This document shows positions 20,443-30,780 of a stretch of DNA of 64,000 nt, piece after piece. Source of the DNA: Candidatus Parcubacteria bacterium (GTDB lineage: Bacteria; Patescibacteriota; Minisyncoccia; Phycocordibacterales; UBA6065); assembly GCA_039796155.1 (NCBI GenBank), contig JBDKKJ010000002.1, positions 31,365-95,364 of the forward strand, read 5' to 3'. The position numbers were made by a program, and so were the translations under genes. The notes beneath the pieces were generated by a model. That model worked only from the letters and a program-made list of their open reading frames with translations, was not told the DNA's origin and ran no database searches. The stretch's first letter is position 1, and every line of letters begins with the position of its first letter.

Positions 20443-21471
20443 TTAAAGTTTAATATTAAGATGACCGAACGCCTTCTCTGTTGCTTTGCGTCCGCGCGGT
20501 GTTCGTTCAAGAAGTCCAAGTTGAAGGAGGTATGGTTCATGAACTTCTTCTATAGTCGCTTCCTCTTCTGAAAGGGAGGCAGCAAGGGTGTTGAGTCCCA
20601 CAGGCCCACCACCAAACTTTTCTATAAGTGTTTTAAGAAGGTCGCGGTCGCTTTGGGTGAGCCCAAGCTGGTCGATACCGAGCATAGTGAGCGCACGATC
20701 AACGATAGCAGGAGAGACAGGTACTTTTTCAACCTGAGCGAGGTCGCGAACACGCTTGAGGAGGAAGTTGGCAGTTCGTGGGGTAAAACGGCTTCGTTCA
20801 GCAATTTTTCCTGATGATTGTGGGTCTATTTCGATGTTGAGAAGCTTTGCTGAACGGTGAATGATTGATTGGATCTCCGGAGCTGTATAAAATTCGAGTT
20901 TAAAGGTGCCTCCTGAGAAGCGAGAACGGAGCGGAGCAGAGAGCATTGCCACACGAGTGGTGGCAGCAATGAGTGTAAATGGTGGAAGTTCAAGCTGAAT
21001 TGTTCGAGCGCTCGGTCCTTTACCAATAATAATGTCGAGAGAACCTGATTCCATTGCAGGATAGAGAACTTCTTCGATTGCTTTGTTGAGGCGATGGATT
21101 TCATCAATGAAAAGCATGTCGCCTGGAGCGAGGTTAGTGAGGATTGATGCAAGGTCACCAATTTTCTCGATTGCAGGACCTGAAGTTGCCTTGAGTTGCG
21201 ATGCTGTTTCTTTAGCAATCAGATGAGCGAGCGTGGTTTTTCCGAGACCTGGTGGGCCATAAAAAAGGATATGCTCGGGCGGATGGTTTCTTTCTTTAGC
21301 CGCAGTGAGGAGAACCTTGAGGTTTTCTTTAATGGTTTTCTGACCAACATAGTCATCCCACTGGGAAGGGCGGAGTGTGGTGTCGAGGAAAAGTTCATCA
21401 TTAGTAAAAGACCCTTTATTAGAGCCATTTTTACCGCTATTTACCTGTGGTTCTGCAGAGGTACTTGACAT
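20443..21471 (-). CDS. ruvB: Holliday junction branch migration ATPase RuvB
   Basis: Walker A GPPGLGKTTLA, RuvB sensor and winged-helix regions, 342 aa. Confidence 0.9.
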   Translation of the reverse strand: MSSTSAEPQVNSGKNGSNKGSFTNDELFLDTTLRPSQWDDYVGQKTIKENLKVLLTAAKERNHPPEHILFYGPPGLGKTTLAHLIAKETASQLKATSGPAIEKIGDLASILTNLAPGDMLFIDEIHRLNKAIEEVLYPAMESGSLDIIIGKGPSARTIQLELPPFTLIAATTRVAMLSAPLRSRFSGGTFKLEFYTAPEIQSIIHRSAKLLNIEIDPQSSGKIAERSRFTPRTANFLLKRVRDLAQVEKVPVSPAIVDRALTMLGIDQLGLTQSDRDLLKTLIEKFGGGPVGLNTLAASLSEEEATIEEVHEPYLLQLGLLERTPRGRKATEKAFGHLNIKL

Positions 21472-21532
21472 TTCTGTTGCTTTATGCTAACATACTCTAT
21501 GTAAAGCTGAATCGAAATACGTTACTCCAGCC

Positions 21533-21730
21533 TATAAATCTCTAAGCAATTAAACCTCACGGTTTACTAGCTGATACTCTCGGGACGTTCTGGTTACACT
21601 CCGGTGTTCCTACTGGGTCTATCCTAAGAACTCTGCTTAACTTTGGATGCACATCTTTAAGTATTGCTTAGAGATTTATATTCTGGAATCTATTTGAGGG
21701 AAACCTGCACACTGTGCGGGTTTTCTTTTG
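21533..21730 (+). ncRNA. candidate structured small RNA (or MITE-like element): 18-bp perfect inverted repeat pair plus intrinsic terminator
   Basis: tataaatctctaagcaat (21533-21550) and its exact reverse complement (21663-21680) enclose 112 nt; plus-strand hairpin cctgcacactgtgcggg with a long T-run at ~21703-21735; no ORF; all flanking genes are on the minus strand. Confidence 0.3.
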
Positions 21731-21856
21731 CTCTTTTCTTCCTTCATACTACTCCTCTTATATCCTCGTGCAATAGCATTTTTTCAAGAGAGCACAGGCT
21801 TGGCAGGGGACGCAAATCAGTGTCTTAATCACTGAAAGTACTTGCGTAAAAAGAGG

Positions 21857-22243
21857 CTATGCGGCGAAACCGTGATGTTCACCTGGTTTATTTCCACCTC
21901 GCTGGATTTTTGAAACTTCTGCTTGGAATTCCATGATTTCGTGCTGGTGTTCGGTGTGTTTACGTACCAATTCAGCATGTTCTGTTTCGGTTTTCTTGAG
22001 TTCTGCATCGTGTCGGGGACCTTCTGACTTGAGCTCGCTCATTGCACGCTTTAAGGCAACAATTTCAAGCTCTTTTTGTTTGATTTCATTTTCTTTTTCC
22101 TTGAGTTCGAGTTTTGCCTTTTCAGCTATCTGATGAAGTTCGCGAATTTTTGCATCTTGCTCGTGAAGTTTTGAGTCTTCGCTCATTACTTCGCGTTTGA
22201 GAGTATTGAGTGCACCGAGAACGTCTCCTGTTTTGTTTATCAT
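21857..22243 (-). CDS. coiled-coil protein, hypothetical
   Basis: 128 aa, heptad-rich K/E sequence, immediately downstream of pilB-like gene. Confidence 0.4.
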   Translation of the reverse strand: MINKTGDVLGALNTLKREVMSEDSKLHEQDAKIRELHQIAEKAKLELKEKENEIKQKELEIVALKRAMSELKSEGPRHDAELKKTETEHAELVRKHTEHQHEIMEFQAEVSKIQRGGNKPGEHHGFAA

Positions 22244-22252
22244 GTTTTTATT

Positions 22253-23926
22253 TTAATCGAGGTCTATTACGCGTCCAAGTTCATCTATGGTTGTAATACC
22301 ATTGAGTACTTTTAGTATACCGTCTTGAGTCATTGTGAGAATGCCTTGGGCTGCGGCAATCTTGGCGACGTCCTTTTCATTGGTAGAGAACTCAATCGCT
22401 TTGTCTATTTCTTCGGTAGTGAGAATACCTTCGTAAATGCCGAGGCGGCCTTTATAGCCGGTCATATTACAAGCCGCACAGCCCACTGGTTTGTAAACAG
22501 TATCTCGTTTTGTGGGCATTTCGGCAGGATCTACAATTGTGGCAAGAACCTTGTCAACAATCTCTTTATCTTTACCTGCGAGAGCTTCTTCCTTTTTACA
22601 TGCAGCACAAAGTTTTCGAACAAGACGCTGTGCGAGAGTGATATTGATAGCAGATGACATCACACGAGGGTTTACTCCAAGGTCAACCAAGCGGGGGAAT
22701 GAACCAGCGGCAGAATTGGTGTGAAGTGTTGAGAACACAAGGTGACCTGTAAGTGCAGAGTCGATGGCAATCTGTGCGGTTTCATTGTCTCGGATTTCTC
22801 CCACCATGATGATGTCGGGATCCTGACGAAGTGCCGAGCGGAGTCCAAGAGCGAATGTGTAGCCTTTATCAACGTTGGTCTGCGTCTGAGTAATGCCAGG
22901 GAGGTGGTATTCAATAGGGTCTTCAATGGTAATAATCTTCACATCAGGGGTGTGAATCTTTCGAAGAAACGCATACAGGGTGGTTGTTTTTCCAGATCCT
23001 GTCGGTCCTGTGGTGAGGATCATGCCGTTTGGCTTTGTCACCTGTTCAAGAAGAATACCAAGAAGCTTCTTTGGAATACCAAGGTCTTCGAGGGGCACTT
23101 GAATTGATTTTGGATTAAGAAGTCGGAGCACGATTGATTCACTGTATGCACCGGGGAGCATAGAGGTACGAATTTCGATTTCATCTTCGCCGACTTTTAC
23201 GCTAAAGCGGCCGTCCTGTGCTTCTGACTTTACGTTAAGCTTGAGACCTGAAAGGAGCTTGATACGAGAGAGAATGAGGTTATATGTTTCAAGATCAAAA
23301 GACATAATATCGGTAAGTACTCCGTCGAGGCGGAAGCGAAGGCGAGTATACGCTTCTTCTGGTTCGATGTGGACGTCTGACGCCTTGGTTGCGAGAGCGC
23401 CAGAAAGCACAATTTCAAGAATTTTAGAAATACGAAAACCCTTTTTAAGTTTAAGAATCTCTGTCATCGAAGCCTTTACGTCTTCAACAGTATGGATTTT
23501 ACCAATAAATTCTTGGATATCTTCGTTTGAAACATCGAGAGCGCCAGCTTTAGTAACAGTAGAGAAGGTAAGGTCAGAATAGCGACTCCATGCTTTTTCA
23601 AGACTTGTAAGAGATGCTACAGCGATGGTAATCTCATAACCTTTATTTTTTATAATATCGAGAGCAGCAATAGTTTTTTCATTTACAGGTGAAACCACGG
23701 CAATTTTTGCGCGTTTGCCGATAAGTGAGAAAGGGGCAAGAAGATTGGCACGTGCGTCCGCCTCAGGGATAAGTCGAAGAGCATCCATGTTAATAGGCAC
23801 GGGTCCGAGGTCTACATATTCAAGCTCATGACGTGAGGCGAGGATTTGCGCTACATCCTCCTGTTCCCGGCGTTTGAATTCGTCGAGTTTCTTGTCCTGT
23901 TTTTCTTCATCAAAAGTGACTGTCAT
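22253..23926 (-). CDS. type II/IV secretion system ATPase, PilB/GspE family
   Basis: Walker A TGPTGSGKTTTL, Asp box, His box, tetracysteine CxxC…CxxC, N-terminal GspE_N-like domain; 557 aa. Confidence 0.8.
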   Translation of the reverse strand: MTVTFDEEKQDKKLDEFKRREQEDVAQILASRHELEYVDLGPVPINMDALRLIPEADARANLLAPFSLIGKRAKIAVVSPVNEKTIAALDIIKNKGYEITIAVASLTSLEKAWSRYSDLTFSTVTKAGALDVSNEDIQEFIGKIHTVEDVKASMTEILKLKKGFRISKILEIVLSGALATKASDVHIEPEEAYTRLRFRLDGVLTDIMSFDLETYNLILSRIKLLSGLKLNVKSEAQDGRFSVKVGEDEIEIRTSMLPGAYSESIVLRLLNPKSIQVPLEDLGIPKKLLGILLEQVTKPNGMILTTGPTGSGKTTTLYAFLRKIHTPDVKIITIEDPIEYHLPGITQTQTNVDKGYTFALGLRSALRQDPDIIMVGEIRDNETAQIAIDSALTGHLVFSTLHTNSAAGSFPRLVDLGVNPRVMSSAINITLAQRLVRKLCAACKKEEALAGKDKEIVDKVLATIVDPAEMPTKRDTVYKPVGCAACNMTGYKGRLGIYEGILTTEEIDKAIEFSTNEKDVAKIAAAQGILTMTQDGILKVLNGITTIDELGRVIDLD

Positions 23927-23977
23927 GGGAATATTTTAGCACGAGCGGGGCTGTACAACACGTGCTATTCTATTTTC

Positions 23978-24403
23978 ATGATTTCAAAGAGTGTAGAAGA
24001 AACGGGGAAAATTGCTCGGGATATTGTTAAAAAACTGAAGCCACAGGCTACGGCGACGGTTTTCGCTCTGTCGGGAAACCTTGGATCAGGGAAGACTACG
24101 TTTACTAAAGCTTTTGCTGAGGCTATCGGTATTTCATCGAGTGAGATTACGAGTCCAACCTTTGTCATACTAAAAAACTACGACATTTCTTTTTGCGGTT
24201 TCAAGAAGTTTACTCACATAGATGCATATCGACTCGAAAAAGCTGAAGAGATTGTACGGCTGGGTTGGGAGGCTTTGGTTTTTGATCCGACAAACCTCAT
24301 CTTAGTTGAGTGGCCTGAACATATTTCAGCAGTGTTACCTAAGGATTCGCACACCATCACTTTTAGTGTTGTAGATGAAAATACCCGTGAAATAGGCTTA
24401 TAA
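23978..24403 (+). CDS. tsaE: tRNA threonylcarbamoyladenosine biosynthesis protein TsaE
   Basis: P-loop ALSGNLGSGKTTFTKAF; ATG 23978 avoids overlap with pilB. Confidence 0.7.
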   Translation: MISKSVEETGKIARDIVKKLKPQATATVFALSGNLGSGKTTFTKAFAEAIGISSSEITSPTFVILKNYDISFCGFKKFTHIDAYRLEKAEEIVRLGWEALVFDPTNLILVEWPEHISAVLPKDSHTITFSVVDENTREIGL

Positions 24404-24410
24404 TAGACGT

Positions 24411-26789
24411 ATGTCTAAACGCCTTATCCTCCTCGACTCACACGCAATTCTTCACCGCGCTTATCACGGCATGCCTGACTTTGCGACATCTGGTGGTGTT
24501 CCTACGGGGGCTCTCTACGGCCTTTGTACTATGATTTTTAGCGCGGTTGATATGTTAAAGCCCGACTACATTGTTGCTGCATATGATTTACCAAAACCAA
24601 CGCATCGCCACGAAGCATATAAAGACTACAAAGCAGGTCGTGCAAAAACTGATAATGAATTGGTAAGTCAGATTATAAAGTCTCGCGACATTTATCGTGT
24701 GCTCGGTATTCCTATGTATGACAAAGAAGGATTTGAAGCTGACGACATACTTGGAACTATTGTTGAAAAGACGTTGGAGGATAAAGATATTGAAGTGATC
24801 ATTGCGTCAGGGGATATGGATACACTTCAACTCGTCTCAGGAAAGAAGGTCCAGGTCTTTACGCTAAAGAAAGGAATCAAAGATACTGTTATATATGATG
24901 AAGATGCTGTTCAGGCCCGATTTGGCTTCGGTCCTGAGCTTTTACCTGATTACAAAGGGCTTCGAGGTGATCCATCAGATAACATCAAGGGAATTAAAGG
25001 TATTGGTGAGAAGACGGCCACAATTTTGATAACAAAATTTGGTGGTATAAAAGGTATATATAAAGCCCTTAAAAAGGATAAGGAACAGTTTATAGATGCA
25101 GGAATCACTCCACGTATTATTGAGTTGCTTGAGACCTGTAAAGACGACGCTGAATTTTCAAAAGTGCTGGCAACGATTCGTCGTGATGCGCCAATTGAAT
25201 GGAAAATCCCAGAAAAAACATGGAAGGACGGTGTTGATATAGAGAAAGCCTCCGCACTTTTTGCTGAACTAGAATTCAGAACAATGACTTCACGTCTGAA
25301 AAATGTTCTCGGGCATCAGATTTCTGCAGAACAAGAAGATGGACTTGAAAAAGTAGAGGAGAAAGCACCAGAAATAACTGAAGCAGAAATCGGAACCATA
25401 AAATTTCGTGAAGCGTGTTTAATGTTGTGGCTCGTGAACTCAACTCTGACAGATCCGAAACCTGAAGATCTATTGTCGTTTACCAAGTCACATTCCCTTG
25501 ATCAGGCGTACGACATTTTGAAAGCCGAGCTAGCAAAGAGGGGGCTTACAAAAGTATTCGAGGATATTGAGAAGCCCCTTATTCCCGTTGTTGATCGTAT
25601 GAAAGAGGTGGGTGTAAAAATTGATGGCACATATCTCAAAAAGTTAGGAGAGGAATACCACAAAGAACTAGCAAAACTTGAAAAAAGCATATGGCGCATG
25701 GCTGATATGGAATTTAATATTGCGTCGCCAAAACAGCTTGGTGAAGTGTTGTTTGTGAAGCTTGGTTTGAAGTCTAAGAAGAAGACTGCGGGCGGGGCGC
25801 TCTCGACCAAAGAATCAGAATTGGAAAAGCTTGCGGAAGAGCATCCGATCATTGGGGAGATATTAAAGTATCGTGAGCTCGCAAAGTTACTTGGTACATA
25901 CATCGATACCATTCCAACAATGCTTGATAGCGACTCTCGAATACACCCAACATCAATTCAGTCGGGTGCAGTGACGGGACGCATGGCGACCAAAGATCCT
26001 TCGATTCAAAATATTCCTAATCGTTCGGAACTGGGCCGAAAAATCCGCAACGCCTTCATTGCTCCGAAGGGTTGGAAGCTTCTTGCTTTTGATTATTCTC
26101 AGATCGAACTTCGAATCGCTGCTTTTCTTTCAAAGGATGACAAATTTATTGATATCTTTCGTCGTGGGGAGGATGTTCACTCGGCCGTTGCCGCCCAGGT
26201 ATTCGGTGTTTCTGTAGAACAGGTAACAAAGGCTATGCGAAGCCAAGCAAAGACAATTAACTTCGGTGTGATGTACGGAATGGGTGTGACTGCACTTCAG
26301 AAAAACATGGGTGTCGATCGAAAAGCTGCTCAGAAATTTTATAATGACTACTTTGAAAAGTTCCATGGCTTGGCCGGCTATTTGGATTCTGTGAAAGCGG
26401 CGGCGGAGAGGGACGGTTACACAGAGACGTACTTTGGCCGCCGCCGCTACTTCGAAGGTCTCAAATCAAAACTGCCATTTATCCGTGCTGCTGCAGAGCG
26501 CATGGCAATCAACGCTCCAATCCAAGGAACTGAGGCAGACATCGTTAAGATCGCCATGATTCGCATTGTAGACTACATTCGTACAAAAAAGCTTGATGAT
26601 AAAGTTCATATTCTCATGCAGGTACATGACGAAATTGTGCTTGAAGCCAAAGAAGATACTGCAGAAAAAATCGTTGCAGACATAAAGAAAATAATGGAAG
26701 ACATTATTTTACCTAAAGATATACACGGTATTACGATTACAACTGAAGCCAAGATAGGGGACAACTGGGGAGAGATGGAAAAGATATAA
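24411..26789 (+). CDS. polA: DNA polymerase I
   Basis: 5'-nuclease N-terminus (LILLDSHAILHRAYHG), polymerase motifs A (DYSQIELR) and C (QVHDE), 792 aa. Confidence 0.9.
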   Translation: MSKRLILLDSHAILHRAYHGMPDFATSGGVPTGALYGLCTMIFSAVDMLKPDYIVAAYDLPKPTHRHEAYKDYKAGRAKTDNELVSQIIKSRDIYRVLGIPMYDKEGFEADDILGTIVEKTLEDKDIEVIIASGDMDTLQLVSGKKVQVFTLKKGIKDTVIYDEDAVQARFGFGPELLPDYKGLRGDPSDNIKGIKGIGEKTATILITKFGGIKGIYKALKKDKEQFIDAGITPRIIELLETCKDDAEFSKVLATIRRDAPIEWKIPEKTWKDGVDIEKASALFAELEFRTMTSRLKNVLGHQISAEQEDGLEKVEEKAPEITEAEIGTIKFREACLMLWLVNSTLTDPKPEDLLSFTKSHSLDQAYDILKAELAKRGLTKVFEDIEKPLIPVVDRMKEVGVKIDGTYLKKLGEEYHKELAKLEKSIWRMADMEFNIASPKQLGEVLFVKLGLKSKKKTAGGALSTKESELEKLAEEHPIIGEILKYRELAKLLGTYIDTIPTMLDSDSRIHPTSIQSGAVTGRMATKDPSIQNIPNRSELGRKIRNAFIAPKGWKLLAFDYSQIELRIAAFLSKDDKFIDIFRRGEDVHSAVAAQVFGVSVEQVTKAMRSQAKTINFGVMYGMGVTALQKNMGVDRKAAQKFYNDYFEKFHGLAGYLDSVKAAAERDGYTETYFGRRRYFEGLKSKLPFIRAAAERMAINAPIQGTEADIVKIAMIRIVDYIRTKKLDDKVHILMQVHDEIVLEAKEDTAEKIVADIKKIMEDIILPKDIHGITITTEAKIGDNWGEMEKI

Positions 26790-26797
26790 TATAAAGT

Positions 26798-27514
26798 ATG
26801 CTTTACGTCATTTACGGAACAGATATTGAAAAAGCGCGCGAAAAGTCACATGCGCTTTTTAATGCGCTCCGTGAAAAGAAACCAGATGCATCCGCGGGCA
26901 CGCTTACCGCCGACAGTGTCACTCCTGAAAAAATCGAAGAGCTCACACAGACACAGGGTCTTTTTGAGAATAAACAAATTCTCTTTATGGATCGTACGCT
27001 TGAGAATAAAGATGCGCGCGAAGTCATGCTTGATAAAATTGATGCTATTGCCGAGTCACCAAACATCTTTATTTTCTTTGAGGGTAAGCTTACTAAAGAA
27101 GTTTTAAAGAAACTCGAGAAGCATGCCGAAAAAGTAACTGAATATGAATCAGAGACCGAAAAACCAAAAGAGGTGGGGAGTTTCTTTGCCCTTGCTGATG
27201 CATTAGGCGCACGAGACAAGAAACGTCTATGGATGTTGTATCGAGACGCGATTGATAAAGAAGCGGTTCCTGAAGAAATTCATGGAATACTTTTCTGGCA
27301 GGCAAAGGCACTTGCTCTCGCACAAAAGACATCTACTGCGGGTGAAGCGGGTCTCAATCCGTTTGTATACAGCAAAGCAAAACGATATGTCTCTAACTTT
27401 AAAGAAGGGGAGATAGATACCATGGTATCGAGATTGGTCCACATGTATCACAAAGCGCACCGAGGCCAGGTTGATTTTGAGATTGAACTTGAAAAATTCG
27501 CTCTCGACCTCTAA
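26798..27514 (+). CDS. hypothetical protein, possibly DNA polymerase III delta subunit-like
   Basis: 238 aa; N-terminal MLYVIYGTD… and overall helical pattern reminiscent of HolA; weak. Confidence 0.3.
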   Translation: MLYVIYGTDIEKAREKSHALFNALREKKPDASAGTLTADSVTPEKIEELTQTQGLFENKQILFMDRTLENKDAREVMLDKIDAIAESPNIFIFFEGKLTKEVLKKLEKHAEKVTEYESETEKPKEVGSFFALADALGARDKKRLWMLYRDAIDKEAVPEEIHGILFWQAKALALAQKTSTAGEAGLNPFVYSKAKRYVSNFKEGEIDTMVSRLVHMYHKAHRGQVDFEIELEKFALDL

Positions 27515-27582
27515 ATCATTGAGATTTGAGGGTTTTGTGGTATTATCGGTTTCATTCCGCGGGTGCTTAAAATTCAATACAT

Positions 27583-27655
27583 CCGCCCATAGCTCAGTCG
27601 GTAGAGCAGCTCCCTTTTAAGGAGAAGGTCGTTGGTTCGATTCCAACTGGGCGGA
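27583..27655 (+). tRNA. tRNA-Lys (anticodon TTT)
   Basis: Manual cloverleaf: acceptor ccgccca/tgggcgg, D-arm tagctcagtcggtagagc, anticodon loop cTTTTaa, T-arm gttggttcgattccaac; CCA not encoded. Confidence 0.85.
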
Positions 27656-27739
27656 CACTCATGCGATAGGTTCGGAGTCCGAGAGGGTCTATGCAACTTT
27701 TTGTAGTTTCTTTATTCGCTAATCTGATATTATTTTTGT

Positions 27740-29179
27740 ATGGACGAAAGCAACAAGGAAAAATTAGCAGTCTTACTCAACACTGAAGAGTGGCAAGTTT
27801 TCGAGTGTAAGGGTGCGGCAATAAAGCCTGCAAAGCTCATGGAGACCGTTATTGCTTTTGCTAATACCAACGGCGGCACAATTGTCATCGGTCTAGAAGA
27901 TCCCAAGAAAGCAACAGGTGAAAAAAGATTATTAGGAATAAGTAAATATGCCGACAATGTATCGAGCTTTTTGGCTCTTCTTGCAAAAGATATAGAGCCA
28001 CCACTTATAGATTTTTCTCACGAAGAATTTGAGATAACAAATGTAGAGGGTAAGGCAGACAAGCTTATTCTCTTTAGGATAGATAAAAGCGATGATGTGC
28101 ATTCGCTAAAGAATGGAGATACCTATGTAAGAAAGGGTAATCAGAATCAGAAAATCGGCGCTTCTGAAATAATTCGGCTAAAGTACGAAAAGGGCTCGAT
28201 CAAGTTCGAATCTGAGATGTCTAATTTGGATCAATTTGATGATGTTGATACTGATTTACTAAAAAAGTTTAAAGATGATACCGACGGTAAAGGTAGTGAT
28301 TGGCAATTCTTTAAAGACAACGGCCTCGCTATAAAGAAGCGCAACAAGTTCTTTTTAACCAAAGGCGGAGGACTGCTCTTCGGAAAGAATCCATCTGTTC
28401 TTCTTGGTAGTAAATCGAGCATAAAAATATCAAGATTCTTTGGTACGAAACAATCATTCACCGGTACGCCGAATTTGGTTCATAAACCACTTACTCTCGA
28501 AGGTCCTCTTTTGCTACAAATAACTGCCGCTGTTGATTATTTCAGGCAAGTGGTTAGGACGTCTCCTCCAAAACTCAGTGGTTCAACATTCAAGCCAAGT
28601 CTGCTTATTCCTGAGTCGGCATTCCAAGAGGCCGTAACCAATGCCGTGATACATAGAAATTATTCTATACAGAATGATATTCAGGTTAGATTTTTTGATG
28701 ACCATATTGAGATCGAAAGCCCGGGAACATATCCTGGACACGTTACTCCTGCGAACATAAGGCGAGAACGATTCGCCCGTAATCCGATAATTCAGAGAAC
28801 TCTAAATCGGTTTGGTGATGCTCCGAACTTGGATATCGGAGAGGGAGTGGACCGTATGTTCAAGGTTATGAAGCAAAAGAACTTGTATGAGCCGCTTTAT
28901 CAGCCAGCAACTCTGTTTCCAAATTCCGTGATGGTGGTCTTGTTTAATCTTCAAAAAATGGAGGCTTGGGATACGGTAAGCAATTATCTCGATAAGAATT
29001 TAAAGATTACTAACGAGCAGTCGAGAAATATCACAGGTATCACTGATACAGTAAAGATGTCACGTCTTTTCAAACAGTGGGTTGAAAATGGTCTTTTAAA
29101 AAAGGCAGAAGGAAGATCCAAAAGGGATATGTATTATTACAAGGCGGGGCAGGAGCTTTCTGCGGTTCTATTTTCATAG
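27740..29179 (+). CDS. AlbA_2 (Schlafen-like) DNA-binding domain / HATPase_c_4-like putative regulator
   Basis: N-terminus …WQVFECKGAAIKPAKLMETVIAFANTNGGTIVIGLED… resembles the 'divergent AAA/AlbA_2' domain; C-terminal half resembles the ATPase-like domain that accompanies it. Confidence 0.45.
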   Translation: MDESNKEKLAVLLNTEEWQVFECKGAAIKPAKLMETVIAFANTNGGTIVIGLEDPKKATGEKRLLGISKYADNVSSFLALLAKDIEPPLIDFSHEEFEITNVEGKADKLILFRIDKSDDVHSLKNGDTYVRKGNQNQKIGASEIIRLKYEKGSIKFESEMSNLDQFDDVDTDLLKKFKDDTDGKGSDWQFFKDNGLAIKKRNKFFLTKGGGLLFGKNPSVLLGSKSSIKISRFFGTKQSFTGTPNLVHKPLTLEGPLLLQITAAVDYFRQVVRTSPPKLSGSTFKPSLLIPESAFQEAVTNAVIHRNYSIQNDIQVRFFDDHIEIESPGTYPGHVTPANIRRERFARNPIIQRTLNRFGDAPNLDIGEGVDRMFKVMKQKNLYEPLYQPATLFPNSVMVVLFNLQKMEAWDTVSNYLDKNLKITNEQSRNITGITDTVKMSRLFKQWVENGLLKKAEGRSKRDMYYYKAGQELSAVLFS

Positions 29180-29229
29180 GCCTTGATAATAAAACCTTAA
29201 TACCTATAAAGGCCTAAAAATAAGGCTAT

Positions 29230-30579
29230 TTAGGAATCTTCATTTTCACAGGCCTTTTCAGCTAATTTGATTTGTTTATTCGCGAGTAGGATTTTACTCC
29301 TCAAACATCCTAACAGTTCTCGTTTTTCCACCATCGTTCCTTCCCGTAAAACATATTTTGCATAATTTCGTATATCGATATCTTCGACTTTGATCACTTT
29401 AGTTTTCACGCCAAGCATCGCTGATTGAAACCTCTTGTTTCGTTCGATTTCCGTTTTGATTTTCTCTTTCATACCTATCTCATTGAGGTCGATTGTATCG
29501 GCCACAGACGTTAGTTGTTCTATAAGAGCCTCTTCCGATATATAGCCACCTTTGCACGCTTTATCATTGTACTTGGTGCAACCGTAGTAGACGTATCGAT
29601 GTATGTTGCCGTTCTTCTGTTTCTTGAACTTCTCGTCGGCCGTGATGCCTGAGCCGCAGAGCCCACAGCTCATGAGCTTGGTGAAGGCGAATTCCTTGCT
29701 CTCTACCCGTATGACATGCTGACTTATAGCTCCCTGTACCTTGTCGAAAAGATCCTTTGATATGAGCGGCTCATGCTTGCCTTGATACCAGTTACCGCTT
29801 CCTCGTGGATATTCGAATGTACCGTAATAGAAATGGTTGCGGAGGATCAGATATACATTGGAGAGGGTGAGGGGTTTGTCATATCGCGATTTGAAATGCA
29901 TGTCGTCTTTGAGCCATGAATAGATTTTACGGCCGCTATACCCCTCATATGCCACCTTATGGAATATCTGCTGGATTATTGCCCCTCTCTTCGGATCAAT
30001 CTTAATCTGGCAACATTCATCCTTGTTCTTTGAATTGATATAGCCTGTGGGCGCTACGCAGGGCCAGAGGCCCATCTCGACTCTGGCTCGGAGGCCTCTC
30101 TTCACATTGATGCGACGGTTATCATTTTCAAGTTTTGCTTGTGAGCCGAGAATCATGAGGAGGAACTTTTCATTCGGGTTATTAGTGAATCTCTGCCCAT
30201 ACGTTCTGATTTCTATGAGCTTACCCGCATCCATGAGATCGACGATTCGACCAAGGTCGCCTGCGTTTCTCGATATACGATCCGGTGCCCATGTGAGTAT
30301 TCCGTTGAACTTTCCCGTTTTTATTTCCTCCACGATCTCATTGAATACCGGCCTCTGCCCAGTTTCCTTGGCTGAATGTGACTCCTTTTTTATCTCCGTT
30401 ATGTCGAGCTTCTCGCTATCAGCAAGGCGAAGCATCTCCTTGATCTGCGAGTCGATGGAAAGTACCTGCTGTTCCTCTGATTCCGTCGATTTCCTCGCGT
30501 ACAGGCAGTATTTCATCTTTATAGGAACTACTATTTTGGCCGGGGTCCCTAAAGGCGCTTGTATCGTATTGTTGTTCAT
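29230..30579 (-). CDS. large serine recombinase (resolvase/integrase family)
   Basis: N-terminal catalytic domain (YARKSTESEEQQ…SIDSQ…WAPDRISRN), recombinase domain, C-terminal Cys-rich zinc ribbon and coiled-coil; 449 aa (true start may be the internal ATG at ~30516). Confidence 0.8.
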   Translation of the reverse strand: MNNNTIQAPLGTPAKIVVPIKMKYCLYARKSTESEEQQVLSIDSQIKEMLRLADSEKLDITEIKKESHSAKETGQRPVFNEIVEEIKTGKFNGILTWAPDRISRNAGDLGRIVDLMDAGKLIEIRTYGQRFTNNPNEKFLLMILGSQAKLENDNRRINVKRGLRARVEMGLWPCVAPTGYINSKNKDECCQIKIDPKRGAIIQQIFHKVAYEGYSGRKIYSWLKDDMHFKSRYDKPLTLSNVYLILRNHFYYGTFEYPRGSGNWYQGKHEPLISKDLFDKVQGAISQHVIRVESKEFAFTKLMSCGLCGSGITADEKFKKQKNGNIHRYVYYGCTKYNDKACKGGYISEEALIEQLTSVADTIDLNEIGMKEKIKTEIERNKRFQSAMLGVKTKVIKVEDIDIRNYAKYVLREGTMVEKRELLGCLRSKILLANKQIKLAEKACENEDS

Positions 30580-30668
30580 ACATACAAGGGATGACGCAGA
30601 CCCGTTAGGGAGTCAAGGAGGGAAGTGTTGGTAATAAGCCTTGTTTAAAGCCATTTTTAAAATATTGT

Positions 30669-30697
30669 CTTGACAAGTAGCTCTACAATGTATATAA
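30669..30697 (+). promoter_or_regulatory. consensus sigma70-type promoter upstream of the DGR target gene
   Basis: TTGACA (30669-30674), 17-nt spacer, TATAAT (30692-30697). Confidence 0.45.
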
Positions 30698-30729
30698 TAT
30701 AATAGTAAGTTCTTTGATATTACTTGCAT

Positions 30730-30780
30730 GTAGTCATAGCCAAAAGGCCTTATTTCATGAGGCTTCCTGGCTATGACTAC
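30730..30780. repeat. 12-bp perfect inverted repeat in the 5' leader of the DGR target gene
   Basis: gtagtcatagcc (30730-30741) / ggctatgactac (30769-30780) with 27-nt spacer. Confidence 0.6.

Noticed and set aside
21533-21680. SRP RNA, tmRNA or RNase P RNA identity for the 18-bp-IR element
   Set aside because: No GGAAGCAGC-type SRP domain IV, no tRNA-like ends and no RNase P P4 consensus. Only a generic long-range stem, so left as an unclassified candidate sRNA or MITE.
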